Source: Prasinococcaceae sp. CCMP 1430
Taxonomy: Eukaryota; Plantae; Prasinodermophyta
Length of the DNA stretch: 64,000 nucleotides
Reading direction: 5' to 3'
Assembly (NCBI GenBank): GCA_013416795.1
Contig: RQSC01000027.1
Span: forward strand, 124,001 to 188,000
The translations under genes and the position numbers were made by a program. The notes under the pieces were generated by a model. The model did no database searches. It was not told the DNA's origin and worked only from the letters and a program-made list of their open reading frames with translations. Below are positions 50,935-60,799 of this stretch, one piece after another. Numbering within the stretch: position 1 is the stretch's first letter; each line of letters opens with the position of its first letter.

Positions 50935-53900
50935 ATGCCCGGCGGTGGCGGCGCGGATGACCGCATCAAGCGCATGATCGAGGCCATCCCCGAGCTAGTG
51001 AAGGATCTGGGCGCGTGGACAGAGCCCGCGCCGATCGGCACAGCCGCCACCGACGCCAGCGACGGCGGCACACCCGTCTGCACAGCGCTGACGGAGGGGG
51101 ACGGCAATGCCGCGGATGTTGCACATAAGGTCGCCAAAGTGTTGCAGCAGGTGGTCGATGAGGTGACTGCGCGCAACGCCTTGAGGGATGAGTGGCTCCG
51201 GCCCGTCCTGAAGGCCGTCGAGCTGGTCGCGAAGAATCACCCCATTGTGACCAAGCGCGGAGACGCGTCCGTGGTGTTGCCCCTTCTCGCGCGCGTGTTT
51301 CCCATGCTTGCACGGCCGCGCGGTGCGCCGTCCGGCACGGACGGGGGATCGCAGGGCAGTGCCGACGACGCGCACACCGCGGCAATCGAGGCCGCCGATG
51401 CCCTGCTGGAAGGAATGCGTCAGGGGGATGAAGAGGTGTATGAGGCGGCGATAGAGGACGTTGTAGAGATGATCTGTGCCCTACCCGCGATCGCCGAGCA
51501 GGTGGTGCACCCCATGCCCCCCCAGGGCAGCCGCGAGCGAGCGGTCGCCTCGGCTGCGATGTCGTCACCGACCTTCACATGCCTGCAAGCCTCGGCCGAC
51601 GCGCTTCACAAGCGGACTGGCATGCCGACATCGCAGACGCAGCCGACTGCGTCGAGCAAAGATGCCGCGCAAGAACGAGCCAATGCGGCCGCGGAGCAAG
51701 CAGAGGAGGCTGGCGTGGACTTCGAGGATGCCATTATGGCGATGATGACTGCTGCCGAGTCAGCCATGGCCGAAGCGGATATGGTGATGTCGGCTGGGCC
51801 GCCGCCGGCAAGCGCGGAGATTGAGATACCGACTCCGGGGCATTGGTCGCAGCTGACGGTCGCGGCTGTGACACTTCTCGACAGAATGGTGGGGCGGGCG
51901 CGCGGGCACTCGAAAGCAGCTTTCCAGCCGGGAGTTGCTGCACTCGCGCAACTCGTCTCTGTCGGAGACATGGCAGTCAACGAAGCGTGTTTCCGCGCGG
52001 TTCCAAGTGCGCTGGTCGTCGTGGAGGGGGAGGAAGCTGACGCACTGGCAGTGGCGCTCACTGGCGCTGCAGTCCTCTCCTTGCAGCAGGGCTACGCTTC
52101 CGCAGCTCTTCCGGCCTTCCGCACCCAAGCGTTCGACCACGCTGTGGCGACGTGCCTCAACGCGACGATGAAACATGACGCTGCAATCTCAGCGCATGGA
52201 GCTGGCGTGCTATCGGCGCTTCCATGGGCGGCGGCTGCGTCCCCCAGTGCGAGCCTCGCGCGTGCGCTCTGCGTCGGGGCGTCACTGGCCCTTGGCTCAG
52301 ACGATGGCGACAAGTTTTCGCATCGAGCACTTGGACTCTTGCCGCTCCTGCGATGCGGGGCGCATGGGGCGCATGGAATGCACACGGCGCAGGCAATGAC
52401 GGAGGCTCTGACGGTGGCGCTGCGCCGTCCCCGGCACGAGCGCGAGGGAGGTGATTTTGCTGGTCGCAGTGCCGATGCCTCGAAGCAGCAGGCAAAGCGC
52501 GCTCGCGTGGAGGGCCCGCGTGACTTGCATGGGGCCATGCTGAAGCGCGTGAATGAGCTCGTCCTTGTGGAGCGCTCGTATCTTGTGGCGCGAGGCTCAA
52601 TCGACTTCCCTGGAGAGTTACTGGAGCTCGCTGTGCTCGGCGAGGCAGCCATCGCCGCCGCTGACGCTACGACGTCGGCTGCCGTGGCCGCGGCCACTTC
52701 GAGGTGGTGCGAAGAAGCTTCGCGTCTGGCCTCAAGCGGTGGCACCCCATGTGCGCGCAGAACGGCAACACTACTGGTGCTTGCCAAGAATGTTGCCGGT
52801 GGGGCGGCGCAGAGTGAAAGTGGGCGTTCTGACGCAAACATTGCAGCCATCATTCGCACGATGCCCGCGCTTGCAGAAGCTGTGCTCAGTGGTGGGGTCG
52901 GCGTCCCCGCCGCCCCGACTGTTGACCCACCATCCGGTTGTGACGACCCGCTTGCCGCTTTGTCGAGGGGAGCCTCGTCGCTGTCAATTGCGAATGGGGC
53001 GGCGCGGCTCATCTGGTCTGTCGCGCAAGCCAAGGCGGTAGAGGCAGCCAAGGTTGTCGCAGTCGCCGCACTTTGCACCGTCAATCCTGCTGGTGCAGAG
53101 CATGCAATGAATGTTGCGCTGCGCGATAGAAGCTCTGCTGTCAAAGGAGCCGCCGTCGTCATGGCCATTTCCGGATGGGCCCATGCTGCCACCAGCGGCG
53201 GCCGAGGACTGCAGCGCCGCGAGGCCTTGCTAGCCAAGCTCCAGCGTCTTACTGCTGACGAGTCGCCAGATGTGCGCGCCGCGGTTGCCAGAACGTTGCC
53301 TTCTTGGGCCCCGGCGCCTGCGCAGTGGGGTTCCTTGGTCACGCACCTCCTCTCAGACAAGTGTGCGAGCGTGCAGCTAGCATGTGCTTCTTCGCTGAGC
53401 GAGCTGCTCAAGGAGAGCAAGCCGCAAGACATGGCAAGTTCCCCAGAGGCATGCAAGGCCGCTATGCGTCTTGTCGATCTCATGCACTCGCAGGACCCGG
53501 CGCTACGGAAGAAGGCTGCTGCTACGTGCGCGCGTCTGGCGCAGGACAAGTTGGTGGTGGTCCTCAGGCCTTCTCAGTACCAGAAAGGTAGCCCAGGGGG
53601 GCGACTGGATGGGCCTGCCGACGTCGGGCAAGAACAGGTGGCCCTGGTCGAGTGTCTGCGTCGAAGCCTCGACAGGTGCGACGACGAGGAGAGTCGCGAG
53701 GCTCATTTGCAAGGCATGTGCTCTGTTGGTCTCGTCATGCTCCCCGGCGAGCCTCTGTGCGCTTTGGTGGGCCAGCTTATCCTCTACCTTGACGGTGGCC
53801 CGCTGGGGCTTCCGCGACTGGCGACCCTGTCGGCTGAGTATCTGAAAATCCTGGCGCGCGAGAAGAAGGCTTCCGTGGCATCGCTCCTGCGATCTGCCTG

Positions 53901-56900
53901 CACCAGCCCGAGCGTCTCGCGAGAAGTATGCCGTACAATGGTATCGGAAGGGCGCGAGCGTCTGATACCGAAGCTCGCTGAGGCGCAGCGCGTCGAGGGG
54001 ACTGACAACGCTGAGCCCGAGCAGTTAGCCCGAGCAGTCGTTAAAAGATTGGCACCCGCCTATTTGCCGCGCCTCGTGGAAGAAGGGGGTCAGGGCGATG
54101 CCATTGCGTTGGAGCTCCTACCCATTTTTGCTGCGTGTGATGCGCCCGAGGGCTCACCACCCGTCGACATTGCCGGCCTGCTCGACAAGAATCTGCCTGC
54201 CATTGCGTCCTACTTGCTCATGCGCAGCCAGGCCCCCGAGGACGCCTTCGTCTTTCTCGGCAAACAGCTTCCAGGTGACGAGGATGACGCTGAGAAGGCC
54301 CTCGATCTCATGAAGTATCGTCTCGAGAGTATCATCATGCACCTCATCTGGAGCCTCGGCGAGCTGCACAATCCGACCGCACTTCGGTCGGATGTCGTTG
54401 ACAACCTGGAGCCCACCATCGAATTGCTGGTGGACCTTCTCAACATTGACACCGACCGCATCTTGCGGAAGCACCCGGCCTCGCAGCTGCTTGACGACGC
54501 ATCTCTCTTTGGCGAGGACGCGTGCGCATCCCAGCGAAGTTTGGAGTCCAGTCGGTCCGACGGCCCCGAGAACAAGCGGCACCGGCGAGCTCTGACTGCT
54601 GCGATGCTTGCAGAGCACTTCCTGTCGCTCTGGGTGCAGCTCGAGAGAAAGTACTCGCTGCAGCCCGCGCAAAGAATCCGGGCGCTGCGGTGCGCGTGTG
54701 CGCTGGTGGGCCTCGTTAGTGGCCACATCCGTCCGTTCGCTTCCAAAGTGCTCATCTTCTTCACTGCCGTGCTCGAGCGTGAGGGCCAGGAAGAGCACGC
54801 CCTGCGCGCACTGCGCATGCTGACGGCGGCGCTCGGGAAGTGTGCTCCATCGAAGCTCAGTACATTGGCCAGTCAGATAGTGGTGGCTCTGCTGGCGCCG
54901 CTGGAGCGCGCCGAGGCGGGTTCGTATGAAGAGAAGCTGGCGGTTGAGGTTCTCGAGGAGCTTTTGATCAGGCAGGGGGAGCACATTGGCAATGCGGTGC
55001 AGGAGATGCCCGAACTGCCCGCAAAGCCGGCCCTTGAGGCTGCTCGAAGTGCTCTGCTTGAGGCTCGTGGCGCCCCCGGCTCGTTGGCGAGTCGCTTGCG
55101 CCAATTGGTGGGCGGTCTCGGCCATGATAGCGCCTCTGTCCGTGCATGCATCCTTGCTGAAGTTCGTGAGCAGCTCATCGAACGCCGAAATGAAGTATGC
55201 CATCTCGCAAGACGCAACGATGCATCGATACATCATCTTGTCGCCGCGCTCCTGCGCTGTATGGGTGACCACGCTGGTTCTGCAGGGGTGCGACGAGGCC
55301 GCGTTGATGCTGCGGCGGAGGCCACCATGCTCACGTGTGCTGAGTGCCTGGGCTTGGTTGGTGCCATCAGCAAGCAACAGATGGCCAGAGTGGCCCTCAA
55401 GTCGCAGCCCTGGATGGAGCTAGCTCCCGTCGACTTCCTGGCTGAGCTCATCGAGAAACACCTCGCGCGCTTTCTGCGCGCGGGACAAGCACCGCTGGTC
55501 GTGTCGAGCGCCTCGTACGCGACGCAGACCATCTTCAACATCACGGGCTTGCGCGAGGGCGACGGGGCTTCATTTTCTGGTTCGAACGCATCCACGCGCA
55601 GAACGCGGACAGAGTCGGCGCGAGACACGGCGCAGGAGGACATCTCGGCGTGCGGCAGGACCCTGTGGGACAAGCTCTCCAGCGATGCCAGAGAAATCGT
55701 GAGCCCCTGCAGAAGCTCGCGGTACAAGCTGTCCCAGCGGCCACTGATCGACAATGCCCCCGTGTTCAACGAGGGCACATCATACCTTGCATGGCTCCAC
55801 GCGTGGTACTGTTCCCTGTTGCCATACGTCAGCGGTGACTGGATGCTGGTTTTCGAGGCTCTGTCGCCGATGGTGAAGCTCGACTCGCGCGCGGCACTCT
55901 TTGTTCTGCCTCAGCTCGCGTTGGCCGTATTGACGGGAGCCAGAGCAGACGAGGCGCGCGCGGCGCTGTCGACTGAGATCCAGACAGTGCTAGGTTCATG
56001 TGCTGATGGCGGCTCGGATGTCGCGGCCGTCGCAGCCGAGGCTGTGTTCCATCTGTGGGATGGCCTGCTGAGATGGGTCGAGCACCAACGCAAGACCGGC
56101 GGCCGGGCGCCGCCTCGAGGTGGCGCGATTTCAACAAGCGGAAGCCGTCCTGGGGAGCAGCGTACCAGCATTGCGGGTGAGCTGCTGGGCGACGTGCCCA
56201 ATTTGCTCCTTGCCAAAGCATCGCTGCGGTGCGGTGCTCCCGCGAGGGCACTCATGTATGCTGAGCTTCATGTCCGCGGCGTGTTCGGCAGCAACAATCC
56301 ATCAGCGGCGCGGGGAGGGGTGCACAAGAGCGGCATCGCAGGCCCAGGAGACATATCTCTGCTCGCACAGATTCAGGCATCGCTTGAGGAACCTGACGGC
56401 CTCCGTGGCGCCGCGGCGCTCCGGCGTGCTGCTGGCGCCCAGTCGACCGATGGGTCAGAGGAGGCGGAGGAGGCTCTCCTGCTGGCGGAGGCTGAAGGGC
56501 ACTGGTCGGACGCAGCGCTTCTCTGCGAGGCTGCGCTCGCGCGGACGCCAGACAACCCGACGTACCGAGCGCGCTTGCTGAAGTGCATGTTGCATGCAGG
56601 CCGGCACCATTCCGTGCTTGCACAGGCAGAAGGACTCGCTGCCATGTGCGCACCAGCTGATGTCCAGGGCAACTGGGGAGCGAGTTTTGGCGAGTGCGCT
56701 GTCGCGGCCGCCTGGAAACTGGGCCAGTGGGAGACCTTGGAGCGTCAGGTGTCGCGCAACGATGCGCCGGACTCATTTGAGACGTCCATTGGATCCGGTG
56801 TCTTAGCAGTACACAAGCGCGACCGGGCCGCGGTCGACAGAGCTGCACAGCACGGCCGCTCGGCCATGTGCATGCGACTGGCAGCTGCAGCGATGGAGTC

Positions 56901-59616
56901 GTACGACCGAGCGTACCCATACCTGATTCGTCTGCACATGATGCAGGAGGTGGTCGATGGGTGCGAGATGGCGCGAGGGATTGATGCGTGCATGGACGGG
57001 CTGAGCATTGGCACAGCTCCGGCACCGGCGCGAGTGCAGGAAAAGGTCGACCTGATTGAGCTCCCCTTTCATTGGAAGGACCGCCTCGCGATCACGGAAG
57101 ATGCCCTCAACACTCGCTACCCCATGCTCGCACTGAGGGGGCGTTTGCTGCACGAGTCTGGGCGGTTCTACAGGGCTGCTGAGACGTGGCTTGCTGCTGC
57201 CAAGCTGGCGCGCAAGGCCTCCAGAAAGGATGTCGCGCGTGCTGCGCTCCTCGAAGTTGACACCATGCGCCGCGCCGCCCTGTGTGACAAGGCGCATGGC
57301 ACTGTCGATGTGGAAGCACTCGGTGGGATCGCCGCTATCGAAGGGGCCAAGCTAGCATGGTCATCTGGCCGTGCTGTTGAAGCCGCGAGCATGCTGGAGG
57401 GCTGGCTGGCGCGCTCGCCCGACGCCAGCCACCGGTCGCTGGCAGCTGCTGCTGCGGCGACTGCCGATATTGCTGGAACGTCAGTCAAGGACGCGGGCCA
57501 GTATCGCACCCCTTCGCGCGGGAGCGGGGCCGTCGACTCGAAGGCCTTGCTTCTGCTCGCAAGATGGTCGGCCGCGACCGGGCAGCGCGACAGCCGCGGC
57601 GTGACTGACCTCCTCAATGCTGCTCAAAAGGCACAACCCAACGCTGAGACGGCGGCTTTCGAGATCGCCACGTACCGAGACGACTTGCTTCGAGATGCGC
57701 GCGCGAGGCAGACGAACGCGTATTCCGTGGTTGGGCCCACGACGAAAGAGGTCGCTGGTCTTACGAAGCACGACAAGCACTGGGCACAAGCACTCCCCGA
57801 AGTTATTGACTGGTACTGCAGAAGCCTGACCAATGGCTGCAAGCACATCGGGCGCTCGCTGCCGCGTGTGCTCACCCTGTGGCTGGACTGGGCGGCGCAC
57901 GGTGAGCGAAAGTACGCTAGCGAGGTGCACGGCGTGCAGCACATGAGCACGAAGGAGGCGCGCAACGTGGCGCAAAAGCTCTTGCGCTCAGTCCAGCAGC
58001 TTGCGAAGAGCGCACCAGCGTACTACTGGCTCACAGTGCTACCGACGCTGGGCAGTCGCGTGAGCCACCCGGACAACTCTGCGGCGGCGCAAGTCCAGTC
58101 TATTCTGGCTCGCGTGCTTGCCACGTATCCCCACCAGTCACTGTGGTCGATCGCGCAGCTATCCAAGAGCGATGTCGCCGCGCGCAAGGATGGCGCGCAG
58201 CGTGCGATTACGGACGCGAAGCGCTCGATCGCAGCGGACGATACCAAGGCTCTCTTCGGGCAGTTTACGCAGCTCGTAGACCAGCTGATCAGGCTCTGCA
58301 ATCAGGCGCCCCCCAAGAACCCCCAAAATGGCAGGCGCGTGCCGCACTTCTCGGCGAAGGACTTGGTGCCCGGGCTGCCGCATCTGCTGCCCGTAGGCGT
58401 CATCGTGCCTGTACAGCAGGTGCTGCAACCGATGATGCCTGCGTCCGTGTCCGGGCTGAAGCCCCCAAGGGACGCGGGCAGCTCAAGGATCGGCGCGCGA
58501 GGCGGGAGGGCCAACGGTAGCAACTCAGGCTTCTCGCCCTTCCTCGAGGCGCCCAAGATTACCGGCATGCGTGACAAGGTCGACGTCATGTCGAGCATGC
58601 AGGCGCCCAAGAAGGTGACGCTGCTCGGCTCCGACGGCAAAGAATGGGCGTTCCTCGCGAAGCCGAAGGACGACCTCCGCAAGGACGCGCGCATGATGGA
58701 GTTCGCCGGCCTGCTCAATGTTCTTTTGCACCGCGATGAGGCCAGTCGCCGCCGAGGGTTGCAACTGACGACGTTCGCGGTGCTGCCGCTGACTGACGAC
58801 TGCGGCCTCATTCAGTGGGTGCCGAACACGCAGGGCATCCGCCACGTCATGTCAGACGCGTACGGATACATTGGCAAGCCCATGTCCAACAAGGAGCTGT
58901 CCAAGATCAAGAAGGAGTATGACTCGATCGCGCAGCGCGGACTCACGAAGACGGCGTGGCTCCGCTCCGAAATGCTGCCGCGCTACCCACCGCAGCTCCA
59001 TCGCTTTTTCATGCGCAACTGGCCGGAGCCGTCGGCCTGGCTGGCTGCCAGGCAGGCATTTGCCCGTTCGCTTGCCGCGTGGTCCATGGCCGGCCACGCC
59101 GTCGGTCTGGGCGACAGACACGGTGAGAACATCCTGCTAAACGTGGCGTCCGGCACCATCGTTCACGTCGACTTCGCGATGCTCTTCGACAAGGGCCTCG
59201 AGCTCGAGACGCCCGAGCGCGTCCCTTTCCGGCTCACGCAGGGGCTTGTCGACGCGCTCGGTGTAGAGGGGCCCCAGGGCGCCTTCCTACGCGCCTCGGT
59301 CGCCACTTTGGGTACGCTGCGCTCGCACAAAGAAGAAATAGTCAACGTGTTGGAGACGTTCGTGCACGACCCCCTGGTGGAGTGGGCGGGCAAGGGCAAG
59401 AACCACAGCAGCAGTGGCACGTCGAGCCTGACCAACGCCAAGGCCAAGGCGATCATGTCCAACATATCGGCGAGGCTGGACGGCAAGGTCGTGGGCGTTG
59501 GCGCTGCGCCCAGCCTGCCCCTATCGGAGGAAGGCCAGGCGCAGCGCCTCATCAGTGACGCCACCAGCCTGGAGAACCTGAGCCGCATGTACATCTGGTG
59601 GATGCCGTGGATGTAG
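50935..59616 (+). CDS. ATR: ATR serine/threonine kinase (PIKK), intronless, 2893 aa
   Basis: HEAT region and FAT domain (SYDRAYPYLIRLHM, LPRVLTLWLDW), kinase domain (FLAKPKDDLRKDARMMEF, GLGDRHGENIL, VHVDF.MLFDKG, PERVPFRLTQ), FATC (LSEEGQAQRLISDAT...MYIWWMPW). Confidence 0.95.
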   Translation: MPGGGGADDRIKRMIEAIPELVKDLGAWTEPAPIGTAATDASDGGTPVCTALTEGDGNAADVAHKVAKVLQQVVDEVTARNALRDEWLRPVLKAVELVAKNHPIVTKRGDASVVLPLLARVFPMLARPRGAPSGTDGGSQGSADDAHTAAIEAADALLEGMRQGDEEVYEAAIEDVVEMICALPAIAEQVVHPMPPQGSRERAVASAAMSSPTFTCLQASADALHKRTGMPTSQTQPTASSKDAAQERANAAAEQAEEAGVDFEDAIMAMMTAAESAMAEADMVMSAGPPPASAEIEIPTPGHWSQLTVAAVTLLDRMVGRARGHSKAAFQPGVAALAQLVSVGDMAVNEACFRAVPSALVVVEGEEADALAVALTGAAVLSLQQGYASAALPAFRTQAFDHAVATCLNATMKHDAAISAHGAGVLSALPWAAAASPSASLARALCVGASLALGSDDGDKFSHRALGLLPLLRCGAHGAHGMHTAQAMTEALTVALRRPRHEREGGDFAGRSADASKQQAKRARVEGPRDLHGAMLKRVNELVLVERSYLVARGSIDFPGELLELAVLGEAAIAAADATTSAAVAAATSRWCEEASRLASSGGTPCARRTATLLVLAKNVAGGAAQSESGRSDANIAAIIRTMPALAEAVLSGGVGVPAAPTVDPPSGCDDPLAALSRGASSLSIANGAARLIWSVAQAKAVEAAKVVAVAALCTVNPAGAEHAMNVALRDRSSAVKGAAVVMAISGWAHAATSGGRGLQRREALLAKLQRLTADESPDVRAAVARTLPSWAPAPAQWGSLVTHLLSDKCASVQLACASSLSELLKESKPQDMASSPEACKAAMRLVDLMHSQDPALRKKAAATCARLAQDKLVVVLRPSQYQKGSPGGRLDGPADVGQEQVALVECLRRSLDRCDDEESREAHLQGMCSVGLVMLPGEPLCALVGQLILYLDGGPLGLPRLATLSAEYLKILAREKKASVASLLRSACTSPSVSREVCRTMVSEGRERLIPKLAEAQRVEGTDNAEPEQLARAVVKRLAPAYLPRLVEEGGQGDAIALELLPIFAACDAPEGSPPVDIAGLLDKNLPAIASYLLMRSQAPEDAFVFLGKQLPGDEDDAEKALDLMKYRLESIIMHLIWSLGELHNPTALRSDVVDNLEPTIELLVDLLNIDTDRILRKHPASQLLDDASLFGEDACASQRSLESSRSDGPENKRHRRALTAAMLAEHFLSLWVQLERKYSLQPAQRIRALRCACALVGLVSGHIRPFASKVLIFFTAVLEREGQEEHALRALRMLTAALGKCAPSKLSTLASQIVVALLAPLERAEAGSYEEKLAVEVLEELLIRQGEHIGNAVQEMPELPAKPALEAARSALLEARGAPGSLASRLRQLVGGLGHDSASVRACILAEVREQLIERRNEVCHLARRNDASIHHLVAALLRCMGDHAGSAGVRRGRVDAAAEATMLTCAECLGLVGAISKQQMARVALKSQPWMELAPVDFLAELIEKHLARFLRAGQAPLVVSSASYATQTIFNITGLREGDGASFSGSNASTRRTRTESARDTAQEDISACGRTLWDKLSSDAREIVSPCRSSRYKLSQRPLIDNAPVFNEGTSYLAWLHAWYCSLLPYVSGDWMLVFEALSPMVKLDSRAALFVLPQLALAVLTGARADEARAALSTEIQTVLGSCADGGSDVAAVAAEAVFHLWDGLLRWVEHQRKTGGRAPPRGGAISTSGSRPGEQRTSIAGELLGDVPNLLLAKASLRCGAPARALMYAELHVRGVFGSNNPSAARGGVHKSGIAGPGDISLLAQIQASLEEPDGLRGAAALRRAAGAQSTDGSEEAEEALLLAEAEGHWSDAALLCEAALARTPDNPTYRARLLKCMLHAGRHHSVLAQAEGLAAMCAPADVQGNWGASFGECAVAAAWKLGQWETLERQVSRNDAPDSFETSIGSGVLAVHKRDRAAVDRAAQHGRSAMCMRLAAAAMESYDRAYPYLIRLHMMQEVVDGCEMARGIDACMDGLSIGTAPAPARVQEKVDLIELPFHWKDRLAITEDALNTRYPMLALRGRLLHESGRFYRAAETWLAAAKLARKASRKDVARAALLEVDTMRRAALCDKAHGTVDVEALGGIAAIEGAKLAWSSGRAVEAASMLEGWLARSPDASHRSLAAAAAATADIAGTSVKDAGQYRTPSRGSGAVDSKALLLLARWSAATGQRDSRGVTDLLNAAQKAQPNAETAAFEIATYRDDLLRDARARQTNAYSVVGPTTKEVAGLTKHDKHWAQALPEVIDWYCRSLTNGCKHIGRSLPRVLTLWLDWAAHGERKYASEVHGVQHMSTKEARNVAQKLLRSVQQLAKSAPAYYWLTVLPTLGSRVSHPDNSAAAQVQSILARVLATYPHQSLWSIAQLSKSDVAARKDGAQRAITDAKRSIAADDTKALFGQFTQLVDQLIRLCNQAPPKNPQNGRRVPHFSAKDLVPGLPHLLPVGVIVPVQQVLQPMMPASVSGLKPPRDAGSSRIGARGGRANGSNSGFSPFLEAPKITGMRDKVDVMSSMQAPKKVTLLGSDGKEWAFLAKPKDDLRKDARMMEFAGLLNVLLHRDEASRRRGLQLTTFAVLPLTDDCGLIQWVPNTQGIRHVMSDAYGYIGKPMSNKELSKIKKEYDSIAQRGLTKTAWLRSEMLPRYPPQLHRFFMRNWPEPSAWLAARQAFARSLAAWSMAGHAVGLGDRHGENILLNVASGTIVHVDFAMLFDKGLELETPERVPFRLTQGLVDALGVEGPQGAFLRASVATLGTLRSHKEEIVNVLETFVHDPLVEWAGKGKNHSSSGTSSLTNAKAKAIMSNISARLDGKVVGVGAAPSLPLSEEGQAQRLISDATSLENLSRMYIWWMPWM

Positions 59617-60176
59617 TACTTGACGTGCCTGGTGGTGCCGGGCGCAGCAGTGTACAGTAACATTTGTATAGTAGCGCACGCTGGGCGGAGCGGCCGGCAC
59701 CGAGGCCAGGGGTCTGCGGGGCGCAAGGGCGTGTGAAGGCGTGTGCGTGCGTGTGTGAGGAGGGGGAAGCGTCCCGGTGCCCCGTGCACGTGTGCCCGCG
59801 CTGGCGGCGGCCCCTTCTGGCACACGGCGCTGCTACGGTACGGTTCCACTTATGTGTGCTATTTCCGGTCCCTGAACAGACTCCGCGGCTGCGGCCCTGG
59901 TGCTGCTGCACGGGCAGCGGCGCCAGAGGGCGCGCGCGCGGCGCGCGCCCTCTGCAACACCTCTGTCCTATCGGCGCGGGGGAGCGGGGCGCGAGCGGGG
60001 CCGCCTGCCGTGCGATCTGCCATGACGACTGAGGTGCCGCCCCTGGCGGCGCTGGCCACGCAGGCGGCGCGAATCGCCGACACCGCGGCAGCCTCTCCTC
60101 GAGGCTGGCGGCTCGCCCTTCGCCCTCAATAAGGTTCGTTGCGCTCGCGGCCGCGATTGACGCGGCCTCGCGCGAG

Positions 60177-60545
60177 ATGTTCGCCGCGCGTGCGGCCCTC
60201 GCAGCGACCGCTATCGCAGCCGCCTGCTATGTCGACGCGTCCCGACGCTTGCCGGGCCTGCCGCCGAGGTGCTTCGCTACGCACCTCGGCATCGCGGCCG
60301 CGCAGACGCTGCTACTTTGGCCGGTGCTCGCCATCCTCGTGGCGGGCGCCCTGCTGCTCGTCGTTGAAATAGACGAAGGCCTCGGCCTACCCGACGAGTG
60401 GCTGGGCCCGCTTATTTATTGGGGCGTGCTCTACGGCCCACTTGGCGCCGCTTACGTGCTCTGTCGCCTCCGCGTGGCGCGCGACAGGGCCACGCGAGCG
60501 CATGCCGAGCTCCTGCCGACGGCGCGACCTGGCCGGACCGCGTGA
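60177..60545 (+). CDS. Small hypothetical membrane protein (2-3 TM)
   Basis: 122-aa ORF with coding-like composition and hydrophobic segments LLLWPVLAILVAGALLLVV and LIYWGVLYGPLGAAYVL. Family not recognised. Confidence 0.45.
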   Translation: MFAARAALAATAIAAACYVDASRRLPGLPPRCFATHLGIAAAQTLLLWPVLAILVAGALLLVVEIDEGLGLPDEWLGPLIYWGVLYGPLGAAYVLCRLRVARDRATRAHAELLPTARPGRTA

Positions 60546-60799
60546 GTGGCGTGGGCCGCCCACGCGGCGTTCCGACGAGGACGTTGTGGCCCGACGCCCA
60601 GCAAGGCCTACCAAGAGCGGCAGGCGTCTTTGAGAAATAGGTAATCAGAACATACAGTACATATACAACATGGCAGAGGACGTGGCGACCTCGAGACGCT
60701 GCGCTTCAAGCGCGCGCCCGGCGGTTGTGAACCCACAGCTTGTTGCGGCAGGCTGCGCTCAAGCGGTAGCGGCCGCCAGTAGCGCTGCCGTCCCCTCAA

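Noticed and set aside
50935-59616. Horizontal origin of ATR, OGT or the ankyrin gene suggested by more A/T-ending codons
   Set aside because: ATR and OGT are ordinary eukaryotic families. Weaker codon bias in long, low-expression genes is the simpler explanation, and the effect was not quantified.
26972-59616. DNA-damage gene cluster (BRCT, ATR, plus ULP1 upstream)
   Set aside because: The genes are more than 20 kb apart with many unrelated genes between them.
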